Of a stretch of DNA of 32,000 nucleotides, positions 7,169 to 15,519 are shown one piece after another (position 1 is the first letter of the stretch; every line of letters starts with the position of its first letter). Made by a program: the position numbers and the translations under genes. The notes below the pieces were generated by a model. The model did not search any database, was not told the origin of the DNA, and was given only the letters and a program-made list of their open reading frames with translations. Source of the stretch: Geotalea daltonii FRC-32 (GTDB taxonomy: Bacteria; Desulfobacterota; Desulfuromonadia; Geobacterales; Geobacteraceae); NCBI RefSeq assembly GCF_000022265.1, contig NC_011979.1:660001-692000 (forward strand), written 5' to 3'.

Positions 7169-7234
7169 AACTATGATCCCCCATGCTGAAGGCTTCTCGG
7201 GTCAAATAACATCCCGAGTATTTATCGGCATTGG

Positions 7235-9100
7235 TCAACCTTGCATGGCTTCTTCGGTTGGTAGTTGATCATCTTCGTCAACTATGAGCGGCTTCATCGG
7301 CTTGCCACCCATCAACCAGTCAATCCTAGTCCCTGTCCTGTCGAAAGTGACCTTGTAAGTTCCATCTTCTTTTGAATACTCGAAACGTCGCATGTTACCG
7401 TTTTTGAAACGAACTTCGAAATACCTGTCATCTTTGGTATTTTCCTGAGACTTCCGCATTTGAGCGAGAACTAAGTCTCTCTCGTGGCAGAGCATTTCAG
7501 CAGTGGCTTGGTCCGAATCCGTGATCTCATCATTGAGTTGCAGTGCTACCTTGATAATCTGCTCATCACTAGCGACCCGTCCGCGCGGATAAACCAATAC
7601 CTGTTTCACAATCTGTCTAATTTCGTTTCTTAACCGAGTCCGAACCAAAACGCGGTCTTCGTCGCTTGGTGCCGCATCAAAATAGTCCATGAGTTCGGCA
7701 ATATTTCCGGCTTTGTTATCGGCGTCGTGCATTGAGGCGTTAAGCTCGTTTATTTCTTTCTCACGAACGGCAATTGCGTCCTCTATTGCGGCTTTAGCCT
7801 GTAGCAGTTTGCTCAACCTTGTCCTGAAAAATCCCAATTCTAATGTATCGGTTATTTGCGGTAATTCATTTCCGAGCAGCTCAATTTGTCTGTTAATGTC
7901 CAGCAGCTCGCCATTTTTTGCCGCAACCTGCTGTGTAAGCTCCGTGAGTCTCTGTTGATCCCGAGTCCCCTCGATTTTCAAAACTGAAATAAAGTCGATT
8001 TCCTTACAGTACGATAGAAAGGCACTCTCCAACTCATTGCACTTAAAGGAGATGTAGCTGCATTTGACCCCGCGTCGCGCTTGGTCACATACTAGCAGCC
8101 TTGAAATTTCATTTCGGTTCTTGTGCGAGACTATATCCATCCGGGCTCCACAGTACCCGCATTTGGTTATGCCACCGAACAGATTTTGGATTTTAGCAGT
8201 CCGACCACTTATATGGGTTCCATTACACAATCTTGCCTGCACTGCAAAATAGACCTCATCTTCGACAATGCGCGGGAAGTAACCGGGAACGGGGCTTCCT
8301 TCAGGGACATGCTTTTTGGTGGCGCGATTGTAGATATGTGGCTGATATTCGCCAATGACCGAGCGGCTGGATAAAATTTTTCGAATCGAAGACTGGCACC
8401 AGCCTAAAGATGACCTGGGTGGTTGGATTTTCTCATGGTTCAATATCCTAGCGATGGTCTTGATTCCCATGCCTTCATAGGACATTGAGAATATTCGATT
8501 TACGATGGCGGCGCGATCATGAATCACTTCAAACCTGTTCTCAGACTTTATCAATCTTAACCATGTCGGACAATTCGCCGTGTACTTTACTTTATCCAGA
8601 TTCTGGCGTTTGAACCTGTTGGCAGCTCTTATACGCTCTGATTTCCGACAACTCTCCTCGTAGGCACGCGCCATAATAGTCAGTGAAATGATGAGTTTTC
8701 CGAAATCGCTATTCAGGTTCTCTCTGGTATATTCCATCCCATCACATAGCGTGACAATTTTGATGTCTTCGCCTACGATGACCTGGAACTGCGCGAAAGC
8801 ATCTAACACGTTCTCTCTGCTTAGGCGATCAAGGGATTCGACCAAAAGAACAGAACCAGTCGGTATACTGCCCTGTCGAACCAATTCTAAGAATTCACCG
8901 AAGTGACCACGCCTTACATGATCGCCCGAATATGCTGACCTACCGAGGTCACGATAAGAAAGCTTGTCGTCGAGGATTAGACCGTGTTCTTCGGCATACT
9001 TTTGGGATAGTTCCAGTTGCCGCTCAACGCTGCTGCCATCCGATTGAGAAACATTGGAAAATCTGATGTAAGAAATACAGAGGGGCTTTCCCATTGCCAT
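7235..9100 (-). CDS. large serine recombinase (integrase)
   Basis: 621 aa. N-terminal resolvase catalytic domain (CISYIRFSNVSQSDGSSVERQ; LLVESLDRLSR), a recombinase domain, a Cys-rich zinc ribbon (CGYCGARM...CDQARRGVKC), and a long coiled-coil-like region (QQRLTELTQQVAAKNGELLDINRQIELL). Confidence 0.92.
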   Translation of the reverse strand: MAMGKPLCISYIRFSNVSQSDGSSVERQLELSQKYAEEHGLILDDKLSYRDLGRSAYSGDHVRRGHFGEFLELVRQGSIPTGSVLLVESLDRLSRENVLDAFAQFQVIVGEDIKIVTLCDGMEYTRENLNSDFGKLIISLTIMARAYEESCRKSERIRAANRFKRQNLDKVKYTANCPTWLRLIKSENRFEVIHDRAAIVNRIFSMSYEGMGIKTIARILNHEKIQPPRSSLGWCQSSIRKILSSRSVIGEYQPHIYNRATKKHVPEGSPVPGYFPRIVEDEVYFAVQARLCNGTHISGRTAKIQNLFGGITKCGYCGARMDIVSHKNRNEISRLLVCDQARRGVKCSYISFKCNELESAFLSYCKEIDFISVLKIEGTRDQQRLTELTQQVAAKNGELLDINRQIELLGNELPQITDTLELGFFRTRLSKLLQAKAAIEDAIAVREKEINELNASMHDADNKAGNIAELMDYFDAAPSDEDRVLVRTRLRNEIRQIVKQVLVYPRGRVASDEQIIKVALQLNDEITDSDQATAEMLCHERDLVLAQMRKSQENTKDDRYFEVRFKNGNMRRFEYSKEDGTYKVTFDRTGTRIDWLMGGKPMKPLIVDEDDQLPTEEAMQG

Positions 9101-9159
9101 TCGCCTTGTGCTTGAAATGACTCAGGAAAAATATAACAGGATGGGGTTAAAAGGTATAC

Positions 9160-9624
9160 TCAATTTTGGTTGAGGGAGCCTTCGGAGATTTGGACCCTTT
9201 TCAGAATGCGATTTTTGCCGTCGAGAAGCAGGGCAAGAAAGTACTCCTTGCGCTGGTTGCGGAATTCCGGATGAAAATGCTCGAAGACCTGGGTGGGGGA
9301 GGTGAATCGCTCCAGGGTTTCGAACCGGCGGGCGCCGAAACGATTGCCTAATTCCAGTGCGGCCTTGACGCAAGCTGCCTTGGCAGGGCCGACCCCCTTT
9401 ATGCTGCAGATTTCATTGGCTGTTGCATGGGCCAGATTACGCAGATCATCGAACTCGACAAGCATCTGTCTTCCCATGTCAAGGGCGCTCTGGCCGCTGG
9501 AGGAATCACCGGTGCCGATGATCAGCGCCAGCAGTTCTGCATCTGACAGAGCAGCAGCTCCCCGTTTCAAAAGTTTTTCCCTGGGCCGCTCATCCTCGGG
9601 CCACTGCTTGATTCCCCCTGCCAT
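9160..9624 (-). pseudogene. radC: radC (JAB-domain DNA repair protein family), 3'-truncated by island insertion
   Basis: 154 codons starting at MAGGIKQWPEDERPREKLL, with the HhH region LLALIIGTG...ICSIKGVGPAKA. It ends ...LLLDGKNRILKRVQISEGSLNQN*, just before the point where RadC proteins carry the HPRE and HNHPSG-x3-PS-x2-D JAB core. The ORF-track start at 10026 is an artefact that overlaps uppP. Confidence 0.8.
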
Positions 9625-9632
9625 GATACCTC

Positions 9633-10445
9633 TCAGCCAAAATTGATGAAAACCAGCGCCAGGCAGCCAATAGCAATCCTGTACCAGACAAAGGGATAAA
9701 GAGAGCTGCGCTGCACCATTTTCAGGAGAAAAGCGACACTTATGTAACCGAAAACGGCAGAAGTGGCGATGCCGATGAGAAGTGGCGCCACGTCGGAGGG
9801 TGGGATGCCGGTCTTGAGCAGACCACTGAGCTCGAACAGGGCTGCACCAGCCACAATGGGCAGCGATAGCAGGAAAGAAAAACGGGCCGCGGCTTCCCTG
9901 TTGAAGCCGAGCAGGAGAGCAGCAGTAATGGTAATGCCTGACCTGGACACACCCGGGATAAGCGCCAGGCATTGGGCCAGGCCGATGATGATCGCCGATT
10001 TGAGAGTGATGGCCTCGATCTTCCATTTTTTACTGCCGCTGGTGTCGGCAAAGGCGAGTAACAAGGCAAAAACAATAAGAAACAAGGCGATCAACGACGG
10101 ACTTTTCCTGAAAAGTTCCTCGATGGTGGTCTCGAACAATTTGCCGACAATGGCTGCCGGAAAGGTGCCGGCGATGATATAGAATGGAAGCCGTCTCGAT
10201 GTGGGTTGATGCTTCCAGTCGGCCATTCCGGTGAAAAAATCGCTGGCGAGTTCAATTAGATCCCGCCAGAAATAGAGGCAGAGGGCGATGAATGTCCCCA
10301 GGTGGAGAGCTACGTCGAAGGTAATTCCAGATTCGGGCCATTTAAGAAAGGTGGGAATAAGGATCAGGTGGGCTGAACTGCTGATTGGCAGGACTTCCGT
10401 GAGTCCCTGGACGATACCGAGAATTGTAGCTTGAAACAAATCCAT
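9633..10445 (-). CDS. uppP: undecaprenyl-diphosphate phosphatase
   Basis: MDLFQATILGIVQGLTEVLPISSSAHLIL is the BacA/UppP signature, together with PGVSRSGITI and a polytopic membrane profile. Start is the ATG at 10445, preceded by AGAGGAGA. Confidence 0.92.
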   Translation of the reverse strand: MDLFQATILGIVQGLTEVLPISSSAHLILIPTFLKWPESGITFDVALHLGTFIALCLYFWRDLIELASDFFTGMADWKHQPTSRRLPFYIIAGTFPAAIVGKLFETTIEELFRKSPSLIALFLIVFALLLAFADTSGSKKWKIEAITLKSAIIIGLAQCLALIPGVSRSGITITAALLLGFNREAAARFSFLLSLPIVAGAALFELSGLLKTGIPPSDVAPLLIGIATSAVFGYISVAFLLKMVQRSSLYPFVWYRIAIGCLALVFINFG

Positions 10446-10577
10446 TTGTTGCGTTCTCCTCTTAATTTTTGAAACGATAAGTGATGCGGCGGCCAAAAGC
10501 AAGGGAGAAATGGCCCTGTAGGGAGAAGAAAAGCCGAAATTACGGTGGAACGGGAATGAAAAATTCGTATACAATTC

Positions 10578-10599
10578 CTGTAACAAATTTGTAACATTT
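10578..10599 (+). promoter_or_regulatory. candidate Pho box (two 7-bp direct repeats at 11-bp phasing)
   Basis: CTGTAAC-AAAT-TTGTAAC-ATTT, about 90 bp upstream of the DUF47/PiT operon. This matches the architecture of the E. coli CTGTCAT-N4-CTGTCAT Pho box. Confidence 0.35.
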
Positions 10600-10688
10600 A
10601 AGTGGGCACTGCTGGAAATTTATGTTATTTACTACGGGTTTTACAAATATCAGGTTCAGGATGTTCTGGGCCGCTCGGAGGTAACGGA

Positions 10689-11306
10689 ATGTTTGGGCTG
10701 ATTCCTAAAGACGAAAAATTTTTCATCATGTTCAAAGAAATGACCAGCAATATCATTGAGGGCGCTGAATTGTTGAAGGATATGCTGGACAGTTTCAGTG
10801 ATCCTGCCACAAGCCAGCGGCGCATAAAGGACGTGGAGCATAAGGGTGACTCCCTGACCCACGACATTATCAGGAAATTGAACAAAAGCTTTGTCACCCC
10901 CTTCGACCGGGAAGACATCTATGCCCTTTCCTCAGCCCTTGACGATATCCTCGACCTTATCGACGCTTCGGCCCAGCGGGTGGTCATGTACAACGTGGAG
11001 AAACCTACCCCGGAAGCCAAGGAGCTTGCCTTTCTTATTCTCAAGTCCTGCCAGACTATCGATAAGACCGTGGCCCTGCTTGGTGGTAAGCTGGAACCGA
11101 TCAGCGAGTATTGCGTCGAAGTGAATGCGCTTGAAAACGAGGCGGATCGGGTCTGTCGCGAAGCCATCAGCCGCCTCTTCGACGAGGAGAAAGATCCCAT
11201 CCAGCTCATCAAGTGGAAAGAGATTTATGAAACCTTGGAGAGAGCTACCGATAAATGCGAAGATGCCGCCAATATTCTCGAAAGCGTGGTGGTAAAAAAT
11301 GCCTGA
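10689..11306 (+). CDS. DUF47-family PhoU-like phosphate transport regulator
   Basis: MFGLIPKDEKFFIMFKEM...; HKGDSLTHDIIRKLNKSFVTPFDREDI and NALENEADRV are typical of the family. GGAGG RBS. It overlaps the downstream PiT gene by 8 nt. Confidence 0.88.
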   Translation: MFGLIPKDEKFFIMFKEMTSNIIEGAELLKDMLDSFSDPATSQRRIKDVEHKGDSLTHDIIRKLNKSFVTPFDREDIYALSSALDDILDLIDASAQRVVMYNVEKPTPEAKELAFLILKSCQTIDKTVALLGGKLEPISEYCVEVNALENEADRVCREAISRLFDEEKDPIQLIKWKEIYETLERATDKCEDAANILESVVVKNA

Positions 11307-12300
11307 TGCAACGCTGGTAATGCTTTTTCTGGTCATAGCCGTGGCGCTGTTGTTCGATTACATCAACGGCTTTCACGATACCGCTAATGCCATCGCCACC
11401 TGTGTCTCCACCCGTGCCCTGTCAGTGCGCAGTGCCATCATCATGGCAGCCGGTCTGAATTTCGCCGGGGCCATGATCTCCACCAAGGTGGCAGCCACCA
11501 TCGGCAAAGGCATTGTCGATGCCAACAATGTAACCCAGATGGTAGTCGTCGCCGGAGTCACAGGTGCCATCATCTGGGACCTGATCACCTGGTATTACGG
11601 CCTGCCTTCCTCCTCTTCCCATGCCATCATCGGCGGAATAATGGGCTCGGTAATCGCCCACGCGGGTGCTGCCGCACTTCACTGGGCCGGTCTTAAAAAA
11701 ATCATCCTTGCCCTGCTCGTTTCACCGGTTCTCGGTACAATCATCGGTTTTCTTTTCATGGTCATAATGATGTGGGCTTTCAGGAACAAGGCCCCGTACG
11801 GGCTGAATCGTTCGTTTCGCAGGCTGCAGATCGTTTCGGCAGCCTTCATGGCCTTTTCTCACGGCACTGCCGATGCACAGAAATCCATGGGGGTCATTAC
11901 CATGGCCCTGTTGAGCTATGGAACCATTGCCACCTTTGCTGTTCCCATGTGGGTGAAAGTTGCCTGTGCTGTGGCCATGGCCATGGGTACGGCGGCTGGC
12001 GGCTGGCGGATAATCAAGACGGTCGGGCGGGATTTCGTCAAGTTGCAGCCGGTGCACGGTTTCTGTGTTGAAACCGCTTCGGCCGGGGTTATTCTCGGTG
12101 CTTCGGCACTGGGCATGCCCACCAGCACCACCCATGTCATAACTTCATCGATCCTTGGCGTGGGGCTCTCGAAGAGGATGTCGGCAGTCAACTGGGGGAT
12201 TGCTTCAAGAATACTGGTTGCCTGGGTTCTGACAATTCCCGCTTCGGCAGCGGTTGCATTTGTAACCTACATGGTGCTGTCGCCGTTTCTGGGGAAATGA
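11299..12300 (+). CDS. pit: inorganic phosphate transporter, PiT family
   Basis: The GFHDTANAIAT signature near the N-terminus, a second FSHGTADAQKSMGV repeat, and a polytopic membrane profile. Confidence 0.92.
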   Translation: MPDATLVMLFLVIAVALLFDYINGFHDTANAIATCVSTRALSVRSAIIMAAGLNFAGAMISTKVAATIGKGIVDANNVTQMVVVAGVTGAIIWDLITWYYGLPSSSSHAIIGGIMGSVIAHAGAAALHWAGLKKIILALLVSPVLGTIIGFLFMVIMMWAFRNKAPYGLNRSFRRLQIVSAAFMAFSHGTADAQKSMGVITMALLSYGTIATFAVPMWVKVACAVAMAMGTAAGGWRIIKTVGRDFVKLQPVHGFCVETASAGVILGASALGMPTSTTHVITSSILGVGLSKRMSAVNWGIASRILVAWVLTIPASAAVAFVTYMVLSPFLGK

Positions 12301-12333
12301 GAAGGGTAGAAGGAGTTTGATAAAGCGGATCGA

Positions 12334-12366
12334 GGGCTGGGGAGAGTGACCCCGGTCCTTTTTTAT
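12334..12366 (+). terminator. putative rho-independent terminator after pit
   Basis: GGGCTGGGG-agagtga-CCCCGGTCC (7 of 9 positions pair) followed by TTTTTTATT. Confidence 0.45.
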
Positions 12367-12845
12367 TCCATGTCCTCGCCGGTTTCTTCCATCTCTTTGG
12401 TTAATTCTGCCAGAGTCTCATCTTTCTGCCTGAAGCGTACGACAAGATAATAGCAGATGAAATAGGCCGCCACGGCGGCAATGAATCCGAGGATCGAGGT
12501 GCCGAGCAGGAGAGAGGTACCATGTTTTTCCAGGTGCTGCCACTGCAGTCCTTCGATTTGAAACTTCTCAGGAGGAAGGCCGCGGAGCATCCTGCCAAGC
12601 TTATAGCTGATGCCCAGGATGGGGATGACGGTGATGGGGGTGTTGACCCAGGCGCCGGTGATGCAGGTGAGTTTGTTGAGGCGGAAAATGAAGGCAGCGG
12701 CAATAGCCATCGGCGTATGTAGGCCGAAAAAGGGGGTGAAGCTGATGAAGACACCGACGGCAAAGCCTGCCGAGATATGGCCCGGATGACTATCCAGTGA
12801 AAGGATGGCCTTGATTTTTTTCTTCCATTTTTCCTTGTTCAGCAA
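12363..12845 (-). CDS. DUF2062-domain membrane protein
   Basis: 160 aa. SAGFAVGVFISFTPFFGLHTPMAIAAAFIFRLNK resembles DUF2062. TTG start preceded by AAGGAG. Confidence 0.75.
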   Translation of the reverse strand: MLNKEKWKKKIKAILSLDSHPGHISAGFAVGVFISFTPFFGLHTPMAIAAAFIFRLNKLTCITGAWVNTPITVIPILGISYKLGRMLRGLPPEKFQIEGLQWQHLEKHGTSLLLGTSILGFIAAVAAYFICYYLVVRFRQKDETLAELTKEMEETGEDME

Positions 12846-12932
12846 ATGGTGCTCCTTGTCCGGCAGGCGACCAGTCTAAAATCCCACCGGCGGTTTGTCA
12901 ACGTGAAACTGGCCGGATTCGCTCATGACTGT

Positions 12933-12961
12933 TTGCCATAGCCTGGTAAACATGCTATTAA
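12933..12961 (+). promoter_or_regulatory. possible sigma-70 promoter for proB
   Basis: TTGCCA (12933-12938), a 17-nt spacer, then TATTAA (12956-12961). Confidence 0.3.
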
Positions 12962-12998
12962 AGATATCTTTAGGTTGCAAAGATTCTGGGTAATTCAA

Positions 12999-14120
12999 TT
13001 GCGAAAAGAGATTCTGAAAAAGGTAAAGCGCGTTGTCATAAAGATCGGCAGTGGTGTCATCACTTCTGTGGACAATGGTCTTGACGGTGACCGCATCAAG
13101 GGACTGGCGGCCGAAATGGCCCATTTTCGGCAGCAGGGTGTCGAGGTCGTTCTTGTTTCATCGGGCGCTGTTGCGGCCGGAAGGCTGGAGCTTGGATTGT
13201 CTGACCGGCCGCGGACCATCCCCCAGAAACAGGCGGCGGCGGCAATCGGCCAGTCGAAACTGATGCGAGCCTACGAAGAGGAATTTGCCTGCCATGGGAT
13301 CAAGGTGGCCCAACTGCTTCTGACCCGTGACGACTTGGCCAGCAGACCCCGATTTCTAAATGCCCGGGCTACCATCGATACCCTGCTCGAATGCGGCATC
13401 ATTCCCATCATCAACGAGAACGATACGGTGGTGGTGGAGGAAATAAAATTCGGCGACAACGATAACCTGTCGGCCCTGGTGACCAACCTTGTCGAGGCCC
13501 AGCTTCTGGTGATCCTCACCGATATAGATGGTTTTTATACCGCAGACCCCCGCACCAATCCGGAGGCCAGGCTGATTCACCTGGTCCGGTCCATTACCAA
13601 GGAGACGGAGCGTGCTGCTGGCGGAAGCGGCTCATCCGTAGGCACCGGCGGCATGGCGACAAAAATAGCCGCTGCCAAGAAGGTGGGGAAATCGGGCATT
13701 CCCACCATTATGGTCAATGGTAAGAAAAGCGGTAATCTTGAACTGGTGCTGGCCGGTACAGAGGTGGGGACGCTGTTTCTGCCGGCAGGGGTTAGCCTTA
13801 ATCGGCGCAAACATTGGATAGCCTATACCCAGAGGCCGGCGGGCCGGGTCGTTGTCGACAACGGCGCCTTCAGGGTCCTTTCCCAGCATGGCAGAAGCTT
13901 GCTGCCGTCGGGAGTGGTCCAGGTCGAGGGGAAATTCGACCGTGGCGCCTGCGTCAGGATCTGCACCCCGGACGGCACAGAATTCGCCCGTGGCATTACC
14001 GACTATTCCAGCCGCGAAATGGAGCTGATAGCCGGACATAAGAGCGGCGATATCGAGCAGATACTGGGATATAGGTATGGGGATGATGTGATACACCGCG
14101 ACAACTTGGTTGTACTGTAA
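12999..14120 (+). CDS. proB: glutamate 5-kinase with C-terminal PUA domain
   Basis: [24 protein letters not shown] and INENDTV motifs, with a C-terminal PUA-like domain. I prefer the TTG start at 12999 ((M)[10 protein letters not shown]). The ORF-track start at 12975, also TTG, remains possible. Confidence 0.93.
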
Positions 14121-14231
14121 GGAAGCGCCGATATCTGCGTCAGGCTGCACGGTTCCTTGTGCGGCGTACCCTCCGGTACGCCTCCGCGCAACCGCTTGCC
14201 TTCCTTGATCTGACGAAAAATCGACGCTTCC
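14121..14231 (+). other. structured 142-nt proB-proA spacer (nested inverted repeats)
   Basis: GGAAGCGCCGAT (14121-14132) pairs with ATCGACGCTTCC (14220-14231) at 11 of 12 positions. CGTCAG (14138-14143) pairs with CTGACG (14210-14215). Perfect 8-bp hairpin GGCGTACC-ctcc-GGTACGCC (14163-14182). Confidence 0.4.
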
Positions 14232-14262
14232 GTAGAACCAGTATTTTTAAATTGGAGCCCTT

Positions 14263-15519
14263 ATGACCGTTGCCGAAAAAATACGAAAAATAGCTGCTGA
14301 TGCGCGGGCTGCCTCTTTGGCCATGGCCCGGCTGTCTTCCGCTGCCAAAAACGAGCTTCTGCTCAGGATGGCAGAGGCTTTAGAGAACAACGCACCGCTT
14401 ATTACGGCGGAAAATGCCAGGGACCTGGAAGCGGGACAGCAAAAAGGTCTTTCGGCCGCCATGCTGGATCGGCTCATGTTGGATGAGTCACGCATCAAGG
14501 CCATGGCAGATGGTCTGCGAGAAGTCGCTGCTCTCCCCGACCCGGTGGGAGAGGTGACACACATGTGGAAGCGTCCCAACGAGATCACCGTCGGCAAGAT
14601 GCGCATTCCTTTGGGGGTCATCGGCATTATCTACGAGTCGCGCCCCAATGTGACCTCCGATGCTGCCGCCCTCTGTCTTAAGGCGGGCAATGCCGTCGTT
14701 CTCCGCGGCGGATCTGAGGCGATCCATTCAAACCTGGCCATCGCCGGCCTGCTCCAGGACCAGATGCGGAAGCTGGGTATCCCGGTTGCGGCCCTGTCGC
14801 TGATTCCTTTCCCGGAGCGGGCAGGGGTGACGGAGATGCTCAAGCAGGAGGAGTTCATCGATGTCATCATTCCCCGGGGAGGGGAGAGCCTGATCAGGTT
14901 CGTCGTCGAGCACTCCAAGATCCCGGTCATCAAGCATTATAAGGGGGTCTGCCATATCTTCGTCGATGCCACGGCCGATTTCGGCATGGCGGAGAAGATC
15001 ATCATCAACTCAAAAACCCAGCGACCGGGAGTGTGCAACGCCCTGGAGACCCTGCTCATCCACAAGGATGTTGCCGAGACCTTCGTGCCCCGCATCCATG
15101 AAGCACTCTCCACCTTGAAGGTGGAACTGCGCGGCGACGAAGCGTTTCGCCAGTTTGCCCCTGGAGTGAAAGCAGCCACCGAAGAGGACTGGTATGCCGA
15201 GTACCTGGAACTGATCCTGGCGGCCAGGGTAGTGGATGATCTGGATGAAGCAATCGCCCACATCAATAAGTACGGTTCGCTGCATACGGAAGCTATCATT
15301 ACCAGCGATTATGCCAATTCCCAGCGGTTTCTGCGGGAGGTTAACTCAAGCGTGGTGCTGGTCAATGCCTCCACCCGGTTCTCCGACGGCAATCAGCTTG
15401 GTCTCGGCGCCGAGATCGGCATCTCCACCACCAAGCTCCATTCTTTCGGCCCCATGGGGTTGGAAGACCTTACGACGACCAAGTTCATCGTTTACGGCGA
15501 AGGACAGATAAGGCAGTGA
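14263..15519 (+). CDS. proA: gamma-glutamyl phosphate reductase
   Basis: 418 aa. VIGIIYESRPNVT, the catalytic-Cys region QRPGVCNALETLLIH, and GSLHTEAIIT. Confidence 0.95.
   Translation: MTVAEKIRKIAADARAASLAMARLSSAAKNELLLRMAEALENNAPLITAENARDLEAGQQKGLSAAMLDRLMLDESRIKAMADGLREVAALPDPVGEVTHMWKRPNEITVGKMRIPLGVIGIIYESRPNVTSDAAALCLKAGNAVVLRGGSEAIHSNLAIAGLLQDQMRKLGIPVAALSLIPFPERAGVTEMLKQEEFIDVIIPRGGESLIRFVVEHSKIPVIKHYKGVCHIFVDATADFGMAEKIIINSKTQRPGVCNALETLLIHKDVAETFVPRIHEALSTLKVELRGDEAFRQFAPGVKAATEEDWYAEYLELILAARVVDDLDEAIAHINKYGSLHTEAIITSDYANSQRFLREVNSSVVLVNASTRFSDGNQLGLGAEIGISTTKLHSFGPMGLEDLTTTKFIVYGEGQIRQ

Larger units (their letters stand above)
1..9165. mobile_element. integrase-proximal arm of an integrated island (IME/ICE-like); left boundary outside the window
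   Basis: The serine integrase lies at the edge, next to a truncated host gene (radC). The region also carries recombinase, Rep and XRE genes. Single-line hand counts show a composition drop: 22/60 GC at 2281-2340 and 24/60 at 7801-7860, against 37/60 at 13801-13860 in the core. Confidence 0.7.

Noticed and set aside
1-9165. Calling the island a prophage.
   Set aside because: No capsid, tail, terminase, portal or lysis genes are visible in the 9 kb available. The integrase, HUH and RHH content fits a mobilisable island better, although the unseen left part could change this.
9101-9165. A tRNA or tmRNA gene as the integration target.
   Set aside because: No tRNA-like cloverleaf or T-loop (GGTTCGAATCC-type) sequence lies next to the integrase. 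The flanking host sequence is the radC coding frame.
9625-10026. N-terminal extension of the radC ORF (the track gives a 288-aa ORF, 9160-10026).
   Set aside because: The extension overlaps the 3' part of uppP in another frame and has no RadC-like sequence. The RadC N-terminus MAGGIKQWPEDERPREKLL begins at 9624.
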